Source of the DNA: the human T2T-CHM13v2.0 reference genome, Homo sapiens
Strand: one strand, 5' to 3'
DNA: 64,000 nucleotides
NCBI RefSeq assembly: GCF_009914755.1
Contig: NC_060939.1
This document shows positions 1-18,700 of this stretch, piece by piece. The translations under genes were made by a program, and so were the position numbers. Below the pieces are notes generated by a model. The model saw nothing but the letters and a program-made list of their open reading frames with translations, did not search any database and was not told where the DNA came from. How positions within the stretch are numbered: position 1 is the stretch's first letter; each line of letters opens with the position of its first letter.

Positions 1-451
1 ATCAACCTAGTTTCTAGCTCATCTGTTTCCATAGCAACCAATCATGATGTCACAAACAGAGGGGGATGACTTGAGGTGGGAATTAGGTGGCAAGAGAGCA
101 GATGGGCTTTTGTAAAGAAAGAAAAGGAAAACAATATCCTATCCGCACAGAGATTTCCTTGGTAATAAAGAGCAAGGGAGAGATAAATAAAGAAGCAATG
201 AGAGAAAGGAAGAATCCTTTCCAAACAGCACTGGAGAAATTAGGAGTGAAAATTAGCAACACTTGCGAGCAATGTTTGTTTCCTTTCAGGCAGTATGAAT
301 GATGAATCGGCACCACTCCCTTGGGGTGATGAACACCATGCACAATGAGGAAATAAAACTTTGAGAGGCGAAAGAATTTGCCAGGGCTGTGAAGCAAGTC
401 ACAGACTAGCTTTGGGAGGAGGATTGAGTCGATATTAATGATGAAATAGAG

Positions 452-650
452 CAGGGATTGACAAACTTTTTCTGTAAAGGGCCAGATAGTAAATATTTTA
501 GACTTTTTGTGCCAGAAGATCTCTTTTTCAACTACTGAGCTCTGACTTTGTCACACAAAAGCAGACATAGACAATAAATAAACAAATGGGTATAGTTGTG
601 TTCCAATAAAGATTTATTTATAAAATAGGAATGGGCCAGATGTGGCCCAT
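452..650 (+). mobile_element. MER58A (hAT-Charlie MITE)
   Basis: caggg..caaactttttctgtaaagggccagatagtaaatatttta...gtgttccaataaa...gggccagatgtggccc matches recalled MER58A consensus. Confidence 0.85.
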
Positions 651-1325
651 GAAATTCTTGAAGTGGAAGACTATAGAATATAAGTTTCATATTTAAATGG
701 AAAGGTCCTTGATAGTTGTATGGACACCAGATGCACTCCTGAGACTTCTGGACCAAGTATTATAGTGTCATGAGTAAAAAGAATAGGTGGGTACTGAGTC
801 CAAGCTTCTTCATTTATTCAACAAACTTGATTGTGAATCTGCTTCATGAAATATTCTGGGCATTGGGAATACAGCAGTGCATGAATGTCTGTCATCAAAA
901 GTTTTATGTCCTAATTAGCTGGACAGCTTGGGCAAACCATTTACCCAAAGTCAGCCCCAGCTTTCTCTTGTGGGGATGTAATTTTTTAAAATCATGAGTC
1001 ATATTACATATACAAAACAATTTATGTAGAACATAAACATAAAATAAATACCTATTTGCCCACTATCCATGTTAACATAAAGTAGAACATTGCCACTAGT
1101 GTGTCTCTCCCAGGTCTCATTATCCTTCTCTTCTCTTCAGAATATTTTGTTATTTTCTTTTCTGTCTGTTTTTTGATTTAATCATATAAATATTTCATAA
1201 AAAAAACTTAATTTTGCCTCTGATGTTTTAAATTATTTGAGCCATAATGTAGTACTATCCTTTGACATATATCTTTTACTCAATGTTTTTTTTTTTCCCA
1301 TTCATCCACACAGACGTGTGTAGCT

Positions 1326-1820
1326 ATTAATAAAGCCTGGGTCCAAAGACCACTAGAGCCAGATGTGTAGTCAAACAATGTTAGAGTTATTAACTGGCTG
1401 CAGCAATAGAGAATAGAGAATCACTGAGCCTTTCAAAGGGGAGTTATGGGAGGGTATTTATAAGATTTGAAGGGTAGAGTTGATCATAGATTTTTTTTTT
1501 TTTTTTTTTTTTTTTGGCAGGGATTGGTCAGGATTTGTAAGCCAGAGAGTTGCTGGAATTGTCAATGGGTTTATCTTTAGAATGCATGAATCCATGTAAA
1601 GGTCTGTTTGTGGTTTTCTGTTAGGATATATGGATCTGAATGAAGTGTTATTATTATATGGTCTGTGATGTACATTGTAGCTGAGTTGGCCATAGTTTAT
1701 TTTTCTTGTGAGTCTGGGTGAATTTTATATATGTTGATTAAATGATCAGTTTTCCCCGTACAGTCTTGCTACCAGCAAGGACATTAAAACAAACAACAAA
1801 GAAACAATTTAACTTTACCA
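1326..1820 (-). mobile_element. Probable old ERV1-class solo LTR (MER90/MER110-like) inserted in the L1
   Basis: Interrupts L1 between ...gtgtgtagct and atagtttttcttcattgct; minus strand ends ...ttgtttgactacacatctggctctagtggtctttgg, resembling this LTR group. Confidence 0.4.
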
Positions 1821-2535
1821 CTATAGTTTTTCTTCATTGCTATATAATATTCCATTATATGAACAGACTGACATTTACTTATCCAATCTACTTTTGATAA
1901 CATCCGAGTTGTTCCTGAATATTTGCTGTTACAAGGGATGCTGCTATGATGTGGTTCAAAGTCTCTCCTAACCGAGTATATACTTAGAAGGGAATCATAG
2001 TATCTAGGAGCAGGCAGATGTTTAACTTTACTAGGGAATACTGCACTGGTTTCTGAAGTCATTACACAGAGTTAACTTCCTGCCAGTTGTGAATGAGAGT
2101 TGCTCTACATCCTGGCTAACTTTCTGATTTTTGCCAGTCCAATGAGTATGTGATGGTATCTCATTGTAGTTTTAATTGGCATTTTTTTGATAATAAATAA
2201 GGTTGAACATTTTCTCAAATATTTCTTTAGCCCTTTGGATTTCCTCTTTTGTGATGTTTCTGTTCATCCTCTCCTCCCTCCCCCCACATTTTGCTATTGG
2301 TTTGTCTTTCTCTCACATTATATATGGAATCCTTCTGGCCACTGAGGTGTAATACCAATTCTGACGTAAATCATGTTTTTATAGACGTGGGTCTGTTTCT
2401 GTTATTTTAGTTCTGATTTGTGTTTTATTTGCCCATCTCTGCACTCATATGTTACTAGCTTTATGTCACTTTAAATAAATTCTGATACCTCGTGGGGAAG
2501 TCTTGTAGTCTTGTACTTTGTTTTGCCTCTTTGGT

Positions 2536-2886
<351 letters not shown>

Positions 2887-3506
2887 TCACTTCTAAATAA
2901 ATTTTGGTATCAGCTTGTCTACTTTTAAAACAAAAATATAAAATGTCTATTGAGATTTTTCATTGAGATTTTATTGAAATGATATTCCTATCGGGAAAAA
3001 AGGACATTCCTATGATATCTAATGCTCCTCTCCAAGGTTTTGAGAACATGTTATTTCACCATTAAGTAAGATTCTACAATTGGTTTCATAAAATTTTATT
3101 TTTTTTTTGTATAAAGAGCTTGCTTTCACATCATATTTTTATTGGATAATTTATATACTTGTGGCTATTACAAATAATATATTCTTTAATAATTTCTTTT
3201 AAAAATGATTCCTACTGGTATAGAAAAATGTGATGGATTTTTCTATATTTGTTTTGTATTTTAAAATGATATACTTTTAAAATTTAAATAATTTTTGCAA
3301 AACTTTAGAATTTTTTATGCCGATATATCATTTGAAACTGACAAGTTTTTTTTTCCCCTTTGCTTCTGTTATATTCTTTATTTTCTCTTTTTTATGATTC
3401 AGAACAATGCTTATTATATGCGGTGATAGTGAGTATTTTTGTATTGTTTCTGATCTTCAAAGAAATGCTCTTAACGTCTTACTATTAAGTATGACATTTA
3501 CTGAAG

Positions 3507-3540
3507 GTGTGTGTGTGCGTGTGTGTGTGTGTGTGTGTGT
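3507..3540. repeat. (GT)n microsatellite
   Basis: Direct reading, one GC interruption. Confidence 0.95.
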
Positions 3541-4282
3541 ATTCATTTATGAGGTTAAGGATGTGTCTTTCTATTCCCCACTTGCTATAAGATTTTTAAC
3601 ATGAATGGATGTTGAATTTTATTACATGCTTCTTCCCACATCTATTATAATTATCAGATAGTTTTTCTCCTTTAATCTGCTATTGAGATAATCACATGAA
3701 TTGATTTTATAGTGTTAAACTGTGCATGCAGTTCTGGAATAAATCCATTTGTCATCATATATTATCTTTTTTATACATTGCTTGATTAAATTTGCTTTTA
3801 CTTTGTTTAGGATTTGCATATATATTCAAGGTGGTGAGAGGCTTGTAATTTTCTTTCTTTTGTGTCTTTGTCTCCTTTTGGTATCAAGGTTGTGCTTATC
3901 CCTTAAAATTAAGTGACATAATACTCTTTTATTTTTAAATTCTCTGAAGAGTGTGTGTAACATTAATAACATTAGAATGAGCTCTTCCTTGTATGTTTGG
4001 GAGAATTTGCCTCTATAGTTCTGGTGCTTTCTTGTGAGAACTTTTTAACCTGTTAATTAAAATTCATGATTGATTAAATAATATTTTCTGGTTTTCTTAT
4101 TTATTTTTGAAACAAGTTTGACAAGTTGTCCTTATTTTTTCTGTAATGTTTCTATTTAATCTGACTTTTAACCTTGACTGTAAGCTGTTCAAGTTCTTCC
4201 GCTTGTGTAATTATGTCCTTATTTTCTTTCTTAATGTTGTTTATTCATACCTTATTCTTTTCTGATATAAAAATTTCAGAGA

Positions 4283-4658
<376 letters not shown>

Positions 4659-6867
4659 TCAGTACTAATTTTTTTTATTGTTACTTTTTTTAACCCATGA
4701 ATTATTCAATACTTTCTTTAAAATTTTCAAATATGTGAAGTTTTTCAAGTATGTTCTGGTTATCTATTTAATGTTGATTGTAAATTAATTTTATTGTAAG
4801 CAGAGAATGTTATCTGCCTGTTACCCATCCTTTGATAATTGTTAAGGCTATCTTTATGGCTTAGTGTATAGCTAATTTTTGTAACTATCTCGTGTGCATG
4901 AAAGGAATGTGTACTTTCCAGCTATTGGGTGCATTGTTCTGTATAGCCGATTTAGGTGAAACATGTTTGTCTGTGCTATTTGAATCTTATATATCTTTAT
5001 TAACTTCTTTTTTTGACTGCTTAATCTGTCTGTTTGAGAGAATTGTGTTAAATCTTCCACTACAACAAGAGATTTGATATTTTTTTCTTGTTAACAGTTT
5101 TTCTTTACCTATTTTGAGACTATGATGTTAGGTGCGTATAAATTTAGAATTATTATACTGTATTTTTCTAATTAATTGTAACATTGATCATTATGTAGTG
5201 ATTTTCTTTACCTTAAATGCCTTAAAGGGCACTTTGATATTAATATTTATGCTTTAAATTTTGAGGGGACCAATACATGAAATTTGAGGGGACCTGGTAA
5301 ATCTATTTCCAATTAGATTATGTCTTTGGAGGTTTATTTTTAATGTCGGTTTTTTCAGCTAGTTTTTATTTGTAATATCGCATTACTAGTATGCTTTATG
5401 AATATTGATTGTAAGGTGACTATTTATTTGGAACTGCATCTGGGGGAACACTTTATAATGGGTTAAGTTATATTCCTGAGAGAATTTCTTCTGCTAGTCA
5501 CCCAGCAGCATGCTCAACACAAGTCCAGATGAAGTTAAATTATTTACTTCATGACTATCAAACTACATTAGTAGTGTGCATTTGTACTGAAAACCAGCTT
5601 GGGGATATACATGGATACTTTCCCAGAGTAGCACTGGAGCCAAGTGCAGTAATTTTTCTTGCCACTCCCTTTGCAAAAGTGTTTTGTTTCTGGTTCACTT
5701 TTGTATTACGTTTGTGGCTTTTTTGAGTACCAGCTTTTTGCAGTGGTCTATTAAATTTTCCACTGTGGACAAGCTTTGGGCTGTTTCTCCTATTTCCTGG
5801 GATCTGTGGAGTTGTCAAACCAAAACTCAAAATCTCTAGGGGTTGGCAGGAAACTCTCAGGTTCAAAGATGACTTCAATAGTCACTTATTCCCCAAATTT
5901 TTGGTTTTACTTTACTTTGGAGCATAGCACATTTTCTTTCTTAGGCCAGCATAGTGATTTTTTTTTTTTGTATTTTATTGAACATTTCAGTTGGTTCTGT
6001 GGGAAGGTTGAATGAGGGCACCTCATCCACCATGTTGCTAGAAGTGGAAGAGTCTATTTAATGAATATTTTTCATATCTTATTCTTAGGGTGGCTGTGGG
6101 GATCAGGAAAATAATATATGACAAATAAAGTACTTGGCTTTTCCATAATTATGTAAATAACCAAATAACATTACCAATTGAGGCAAAACATGTCAGGGAG
6201 AGTCATATTTTGAAAAAAAAAAATCAACTAACTTCATTCTAAGGTGGCTGTGTAAGCCTCAGTATTGTGCATTGTCATGTTAAATAACTAAATATAAATG
6301 GTCCATCCACTATCAGGAGAAATAATCATTTCATTGACAGATTATGTTAAGGGCAATTTGACTAGAGACAAGGGCATTGAAAGTTAAATAACTGCCAGTG
6401 CAAAATCCTGCTTGCCCTTTGGTGCTAAATGTGGTTTAAGTGGTCTTAGGGTTTAAATGTGATGCTCCTCATATTCAGGTATAGACAATCTAAAAAGAAT
6501 AATTCCTCTGACTCTACCTTGCTTGACCATCTGTATACTCAACACTGTCAGTGTGACTTCTGAAACTATCCTTTTACCCTACTAAGGTCATGGACCATTG
6601 GTGCTCAGTTTTGCACAGTATTTTGCAAACTTAATGGACTTACCACTACTGACCTCTCTTCATGGTGTCTTTCCTTTTCTCTGTGCAGTCTGGCATGACT
6701 TGCTTTTTGGAAAGGATGTAATTTACCAAGTATTAACCTGTATGTTGAGCTGCTGTATATCCCAGAACCCCAGTTAATGGATGGTGATGTGCACAGAGAA
6801 GACTGTCAATAATTTCTGCAGTGAAATGCTTCATGTGCTATAAGAAAAAATAGAGTCATAAGCATGT

Positions 6868-7270
6868 CTCATTCAGCCATTTATTTGCTAATTTAAAAAT
6901 TACTTTAATTTAGTGTCAGGCACTGGGCTAGATACTAGGGGTAGAGTGATGACTAAGATAGTCCTCATCCTTAAAGAATTAATGATTTTCTTAGGAGGAA
7001 ATATACAAACAAATAGAATGTGTAAGTGTTGTAAGCACTATGATAGAAGCAAATTAGAGATGAAGTATAAAGAAGGGAGCTTAAAACTCTACCCGGGAAT
7101 GAATGGAGGAAGTCAGATAAGACTTAAAAGAGCAAATGATGCCAGCACTAAGGGATGGAAGCTGTAGGGGTAGGTGTTTCCCATTATGGTGGAGTAGACA
7201 AAGGGCCTTCTCTAGGCTTAGGAATCATAGTGAGTGAAGGTCCACTGATGTGAGGCAGCTGTGAACATCT
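6868..7270 (-). mobile_element. L2 3' fragment
   Basis: ctcattcagccatttattt...gtgtcaggcactgggctagatactagggg. Confidence 0.6.
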
Positions 7271-7278
7271 CATAGCCT

Positions 7279-8200
7279 GCATTCATTCATTAGTTTATAC
7301 GGCATTCATTCATTAGTTTATATGGCATTCATTCAACCAATTTGTATTGGCATCTACTAGGTACCAGGGACTAAAATATTTATAGAGAGAGTTTCTGGTT
7401 TTTTGACACTTTCACACTAATGGGAGACAGTCGATAAACTGTCCAGTTAACAATTAAGTGAGTATTCACATAATGTGATAGTAGCCATAACAAAAAAAGT
7501 GGGTGGTAGTAATAAAGAATAAGGTAGAGTCGTAGTGGTAAATCATTTAGAACAGGATGGCCTCTTTGAAAAGACATTTAAGCCAATACCCCAACCACAA
7601 GAGTTTGCCATTTGAGAAGGTGAGTGAAGTGGGGCCGAGTTTGGGGAAGAGGGTTAGAGGAAGTGAGCCAATGTCTCCCTAGCTCACTAGCATGTGAGGA
7701 GACCATGTAGCAGGAATGAGTTTGGTGTGTTTCAGGATCGGAAAGGAGGTGAGGGTGACTGGACAAGGGAGACAGTCAAAGTAAGTGACATTGGAGAGGT
7801 AGACAGGGGACAGATCTTGGAGTGCATTATAGACCAGGCTAAGGAGGAGTTTTGTTTCATCCTATAGTCAGTGGAGAATGTTTAAAGGGTTTTGGGTTTT
7901 AGAAATGTGTCTCTTCCATCAGTAGGCAGGATAGGATGGAGGCCTAGAAGACTAGAGAGAGAGGCAAGGAAAACACGGAGTGATTTTTGTAATAGTGTGG
8001 ACAAAAAATAATGAGTATAATTGGGAATTCTAGGAAGAAATGTATGAAAAATATTTGGGCAAGAATAGAGGAAGAATGGCAGATAACATCCACGGGGGAT
8101 GAGTAGATGATGCTGTCATTTTCCAAATCTCTAAATTAAGCAGGAGGAACTAGTTGTAGTGGGAAGGAAAGTTTCTTAAATGGGTAACTTTTGAGGTTTT
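7279..8200 (-). mobile_element. L2 fragment
   Basis: cattcattcaaccaatttgtattgcatctactaggtaccaggg tail followed by purine-rich L2 body. Confidence 0.7.
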
Positions 8201-11200
8201 AAGAGCATGAGAAAAGAGAACAGCCTGGAGTTGGGGAATGCAGTTCTATTTGGAGCTTATGGAGCAATCAGGACTTGAATTAGAGATGAATGCAGGTTTG
8301 GCAGGGCCTCTCCTTTTCTGTAACTTGCTAAAATACACGATAGGGAATCAGGTTTCACACATGGGGAGTCTTCGCCTCTGCTGCCAGCCTGGCATTGTTA
8401 TATCACCGAGTGGGCCAGCTCCACAGCCCAATCAATATCTGCCGGCACAGCCATCTTCCATCCCCCTAGCAAGGTGAGCATCGAACAGTTAATCTCCCTT
8501 TCTCCAGTTCTTAGTAACTCCTGGTTTGTTTTCACCAGACAAGGCATTGGACTATACTGGAAATATAGGTTGCTATTTTTCCAACGGGTCACATAGATCT
8601 CAGAGTGGTACAGTCTGTGCACGTTGGGGGTGGTGGGAAGGGGCACATGATAACTTCTTAATTTTTTCAATTTTCTCTCAGACCTCCTACACTCAAGCCC
8701 TCATATCCAGTAGCTGCTCTCTTCTTCAGAAAATTCCAAGCCTTCCTACATGAGCAGGAAGTTCTGTTCCCTTATCCCCTCCTGTATCTTCCAGATATGA
8801 TCATGTAAGTCTTTAATAGACAATAAATAACTTTTTTAAAGGTTCAAATGAGAAGAGTGCAGCTCTGGTCCCATTTGTGAAGGCAGATCGATGCTCCAAT
8901 TCTCATTCATTCTCTCCATCAACAAGTAGTTGATTTTTTCACTGTTAGGAAGCCAGCACACTTTATTACAGTGAGCTTTTTTTTTTCATTTTGTTCAGGA
9001 CAGCACAGTTCAGTCTCATAGACATAATGTATACCCTTTCAGTCTAGAAGATATTTTCCTGCCTCCTTATGAAACAAGAAATGCAGACTTATCAGTCTAC
9101 ACTAGCCATGAGTGTCTCTCTCTTAGCCATCTGGTGTGGGGGAAAAACAGTTCCATTACATTCTTTTTTTACTTATTATATACTTCTAAATATAAGTATA
9201 CATAGGAGAAGGGTATAGAGAATGATTTTCAGTTTATTATACAATGTAAATAAAATTATCAAATATTATAACAAGGCCAACCAAGGTGAGGATGCAGAAA
9301 AAGAAGTGATTCATTCCTTTGGCTAGAGAAGTTTGGCTGGTGGGAAACAAGAAAATGTGTATAGCTTTTCTTTTCTTTTCTTTTCTTTTTAAGGATACTT
9401 GATTGTTAAGGGAAAGAGACCATTTGAGCAATAATTAGAGTATTCAGGATTGAGGGAGGTATATGTTGCTTGTTGTTGTTAATTTTTTACTTGTTTGTTT
9501 TGTTTACAGACAACAGCATTTGAGCAACCTTCTTAAATATCTGTCTGGAGCAGAAGCCATTCTTGAGATAGAAAAGATCAGAAGTGCAGCCAAGACTGGT
9601 AACAACTGATGAAGTATCTGAAAGAAGCTAGAAGGGGGTCAGAATAGATTAGTCATGAACTTCTAACCATGAGCAGGAGGTAGAATGATGTTATCCCCCA
9701 TATCCTCGAGTTTTTTTCTTTTTCTTTTTTTTTTTTTTAATTTTGCACAGAGCATTATGAGGTCATCTGCTGATGGGAAATAGAGTAGGAGAAGGATTTG
9801 AGGAAAATAGTAAAGGAGGAACAGTCATTAAAGGGAATGGAAGGAAAAACTGACCAGTGATAGAGCAAAGAGGGACAGAGGTAAAGGATCAGTGGTAAGG
9901 AAGACTGTGGATTTCTGTGGCTTCAACCTATGTGGATGGGTACTTTTCCCCAGCAGTGATCAATAGGTCTGATGGAACAGAGATAGTCAATGTGCGGACT
10001 GACCCAATGTGGAGGGTGTGCATGACAAGGGAGTGGCAAAATTGGGGAATAAAAGAGGCTTAGGGTCATAAATTCTTTGTTTTATGGAGTTAGAGCCCCA
10101 GCTAAGTTCTTATCTGATAAATTGGTGGCATTCCAAACACTAGGTAATGATTTTGTTCTTGACACATGTTAGCTAGATATGTTGTCCTTTACTTAGGATG
10201 CTGAAGGTTACAACATCTCTGACTCATTCTCTGACAGTAAAATGTATTCTTTGGATGTAGAAATTTTGGTCTGAATGTAAATGTTTCCAGAAATTAGTTT
10301 AGTTCAGCTTATTTATTTTAAGAAGCGATGAAAGCCACCTAAGAGACAATAAATCTTAGGCATATGTGCCCAGCAGAAGTGTTTGTATATGCAGTGTTTG
10401 TTTATGTTTTCATTGAGGTGTCAGCTGCTTTTTCTATACACGAACCATTGTGAGCATATGGCATTTTGAGGTGAGTCATAGGAAATTCAGCTGAGTTTGT
10501 TAATTGCCCAAAGAGACAGGTATAAAACTCAGAAAGGAATCAGAATGTATTTACAAATGAACCTTAGGCAGGTGTGACTTGCCTAATTACTTGCTGATGG
10601 AAAAAGCACAGGTATTCTAATTTATTTACATCCCACTCTAATGATATGAGGAGGCTCAGCAATTGCCAGATGGGGTGTGTCGGGGTACGTCCTCCTGAGT
10701 TGCTCCAGGCAGTGTGTTTTAAAGGAAAGAAGAAGAATATGGTTTAGGATCCTGGCTTCATAGTTATGTGGACCCCATACCTATATGAGCAAGCTTTGTT
10801 TTTAAGCCTCTGTTTTCCTCTTTCTTAAAAATGAAGCTCATAATACATAATTTTCTGTTATTCTGAAAACAAGATGAGTCAACAAATACTTAAAGCAGAG
10901 AGCTTAGTTCCTGTTCCTATGGATATTTGTTTTTCTCATTTCCTACCTGCTTCCCCCAACTATAAAACTTCCAGCTCCTAAACATGAGAGATCAAGTTAA
11001 TGCTTATTGTGATTCTTCTCCCACAACAAGAGCAAAAACTACAGGATCAAAATAACCTAACTTAACAATTATAAATAAATTGAGACAAAGTGAACAAGTG
11101 AGAGAAATGGAGAGAGAACGATACAGAAAGTATGGTAAAAAGTATTTGAAAGATTTTAGATGAAATTACTAAGACATCCCTTGAACTATTTTTGCAACTT

Positions 11201-12006
11201 TTTATTTCAAATAAAACTTAAAAAAAATACAATTTATAAAGAAAACGGTTTTTAATTTTTTTTCCAAGATGGCAGATTAGAGGCTTGTAGCATGCCTCAG
11301 CCACTTGGAAATAGAATGATAGTGCACAAAGATAAACTCTGTGAGCCTTAACTCAAGAGGAAAAACAGGAATCCACCAGAATCATGAAGGACACCCCAAA
11401 TCCCGAGGAGGAGAATGTGGGTAAACAGCCCCTGTGACAGTGTCTATCTCATAAAATTTGAGTGAAGCCCCAGTACATGAGAGAGACAGACAGCCTCCCT
11501 CTGTGACTCACCTTTCCACTAGTGATCCAAGCAACTGAGGCTGAGAGAGAGCATTTTGTTTCTCCCAAGCCCTAGAGCTAACTTGGAATGAGGCTTGAAG
11601 ACACTATGAGGGAAAGACACTGGGAAACGCTGCAGGCATTTTCCCAGATTCAGGACCAAGGACAGGACACCGTTTTTAATTTGGGCTCATATAAAGTCAG
11701 TCATTCTTTGACAATTTGCATAGCTGTGCAAGCATTTTAGTCTTGGGCCAGAGATTAGAGCACCTGCTCTGGAGGGGTTAGGGACATCCATAGCCAGAAC
11801 TGTAGACAGTGCTTCAGCAGTAGGTGCTAGAATTGTGCTCTTCCCCATTGCAGGCCTGGGGTGGAAGGAGAGCTGCTACAGCTGTGGTTTCTCCTAGGTG
11901 ACGAGACTTGCAGCCAGGGCCATCTTGGCAGACTGGAACCAGTCTGCATGTATCATTGCTGGGTGCCTACCCCAGCCTGTTCCCCTGAGTTCGTGGTCCA
12001 GCAGAT

Positions 12007-12732
12007 CCCTCTCCACTTCACTCCCAGGCAGAAATCCAGGCATTCAGGGCACCCACTTGCCTGGACCAGCAGCCTGAGCCACCCCACCCTCATGGACATA
12101 GATGATAGTGCAGTGGGGCCCTCTCTGCCCCATGTCCAGGTAGATCTCCAAGTATTTGGAGCACTTCCTCACCAGGATCAGAAGCCTGAGCTGTCTCACC
12201 CTTCCTGTGCATAGATTGTGGTGCAGAGGGGCCCTCTCTGTTCCACATGTAGACAAATCTCCAGGTATTTGGAGCACCCGCTCACCTGAGTCACCTCACC
12301 CTTCCTGTGCAAAGATCCTAGTGTAGCAAAGCCCTCTCCACTTCATGCCCAGGCAGATCTCCAGGTATTTGGAGTGCCTGCTCCCTGGTCAAGCAGCCTG
12401 AGCCGCCTCACTATTCCTGGACATAGATCATGGTGCAGTGGGGTCCTCTGCATTCCAAGCCAAGACAGATCTCCAGGCACCCAAAGCACCTCATTACACA
12501 GATTGGCAGCCTGAGCTGCCAAACTCTTTCTGTGAAGAGATTTGGGTAAATGCGGGCCCTCTATGCTTCATGCCCAGGCAGATCTCTAGGCATTCAGAGC
12601 ACCTGTTTGCCTGGTTTAGCAGCCTGAGTTGCCCCACTTTTCCTGTGCAGAGATCCAAGTGGAGAGGAGCCTTCTTTGCTCCATGCCCAGGCAGATCTCC
12701 AGGCATCCAGAGCATCCACTCTCCTGGATTAG
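12007..12732 (+). repeat. ~113-bp tandem array (~6.5 units) in the L1 5'UTR
   Basis: Recurring ccctct...cccaggcagatctccagg...cagcctgag...cctgtgca.agat at ~12007, 12119, 12232, 12332, 12445, 12557, 12669. Confidence 0.9.
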
Positions 12733-13326
12733 GAATTTAGGCTTCCCCCTACATCACTGTGCAGAGGACTTGGAGCCTAGGAGGTTTTCCAGATTCAGAC
12801 TTAGGCACACATCTGGGTGCTTGGTGGCTGCTCGTTGGATTCTCCCTCAGCACTGATGCTTGTGCCTACCATCAAGAGACCTTTAGGTGAGCTGGCTCAG
12901 CCTGGCCCTGCCCACTGTGGCTGCTGCCTCCCTGGGAGCTGAGCAGGGAGTTCAGACCACTGTGTACTCCACAAGTCAGCCCATTTCCTGAGGCAACAGA
13001 GAACTTTTGCCAGTAAACAAGGATCAAGTATATACCCAGCTGCATTGGCCACAGCTGGCTGTAACCCATAAGGTACGTCTACTGGCTTCTAGGTGAAACT
13101 GCATGGCCCAATATAAAACCTGCCGACAGATGTGCATAATAGGGCTATTTTTGGCAAAGAAATAGGGCTATTTTTGGCAAACCCAAAAACTCTGCCTAGC
13201 ATTTTCTACGGTCACATTCCGTAGGGAAGAGGGGAAAGGGAAAGAAAAAAACTATAAGGAAAGATAAAGAAAAAATTCCACTTACGTGAAAATAATTACA
13301 CAAATTAGAAGTGCCAGCATCCCCAG

Positions 13327-14645
<1,319 letters not shown>

Positions 14646-14739
14646 CATAGCCCAAAGACCCTATAAAGCAATCACACAGTAGAAACTACAAAGCAACAGG
14701 CTAACAACTTCACAGTGGATGAATAGTAATCATTAGTTG

Positions 14740-17650
<2,911 letters not shown>

Positions 17651-17654
17651 TGAC

Positions 17655-18460
<806 letters not shown>

Positions 18461-18589
18461 CCTTGATTATTGTTTTCTAAAACTCAAGAGTAAAATAAGG
18501 TGTTGTTATAAGAAAGTTGGAGAAAACTATGAGAGGAGAATGTTGAGAAAAAGGAAACTGTAAGAAATGAAAGAAGGGAATAGTTTCAA

Positions 18590-18700
18590 GAGTGTTAAAT
18601 AGGGGAGATCACAGCACTTAAATTCAGGACACTCTACTCCTGGTTTGTCACTTACTACCTGTGAGAATTTGGCTAGGTTACCTACCTTCTCTGAATAAGA
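18590..18700 (+). mobile_element. MIR fragment
   Basis: tcacttactacctgtgagaatttggctaggttacctaccttctctga core. Confidence 0.65.

Noticed and set aside
8340-8790. Possible exon or processed pseudogene (donor-like caag/gtgagc at ~8470)
   Set aside because: No recognisable protein in any frame and no matching acceptor or poly(A)/TSD evidence.
12007-12732. Periodic array as CRISPR-like
   Set aside because: Whole units are homologous with no unique spacers, and it lies in an L1 5'UTR in primate DNA.
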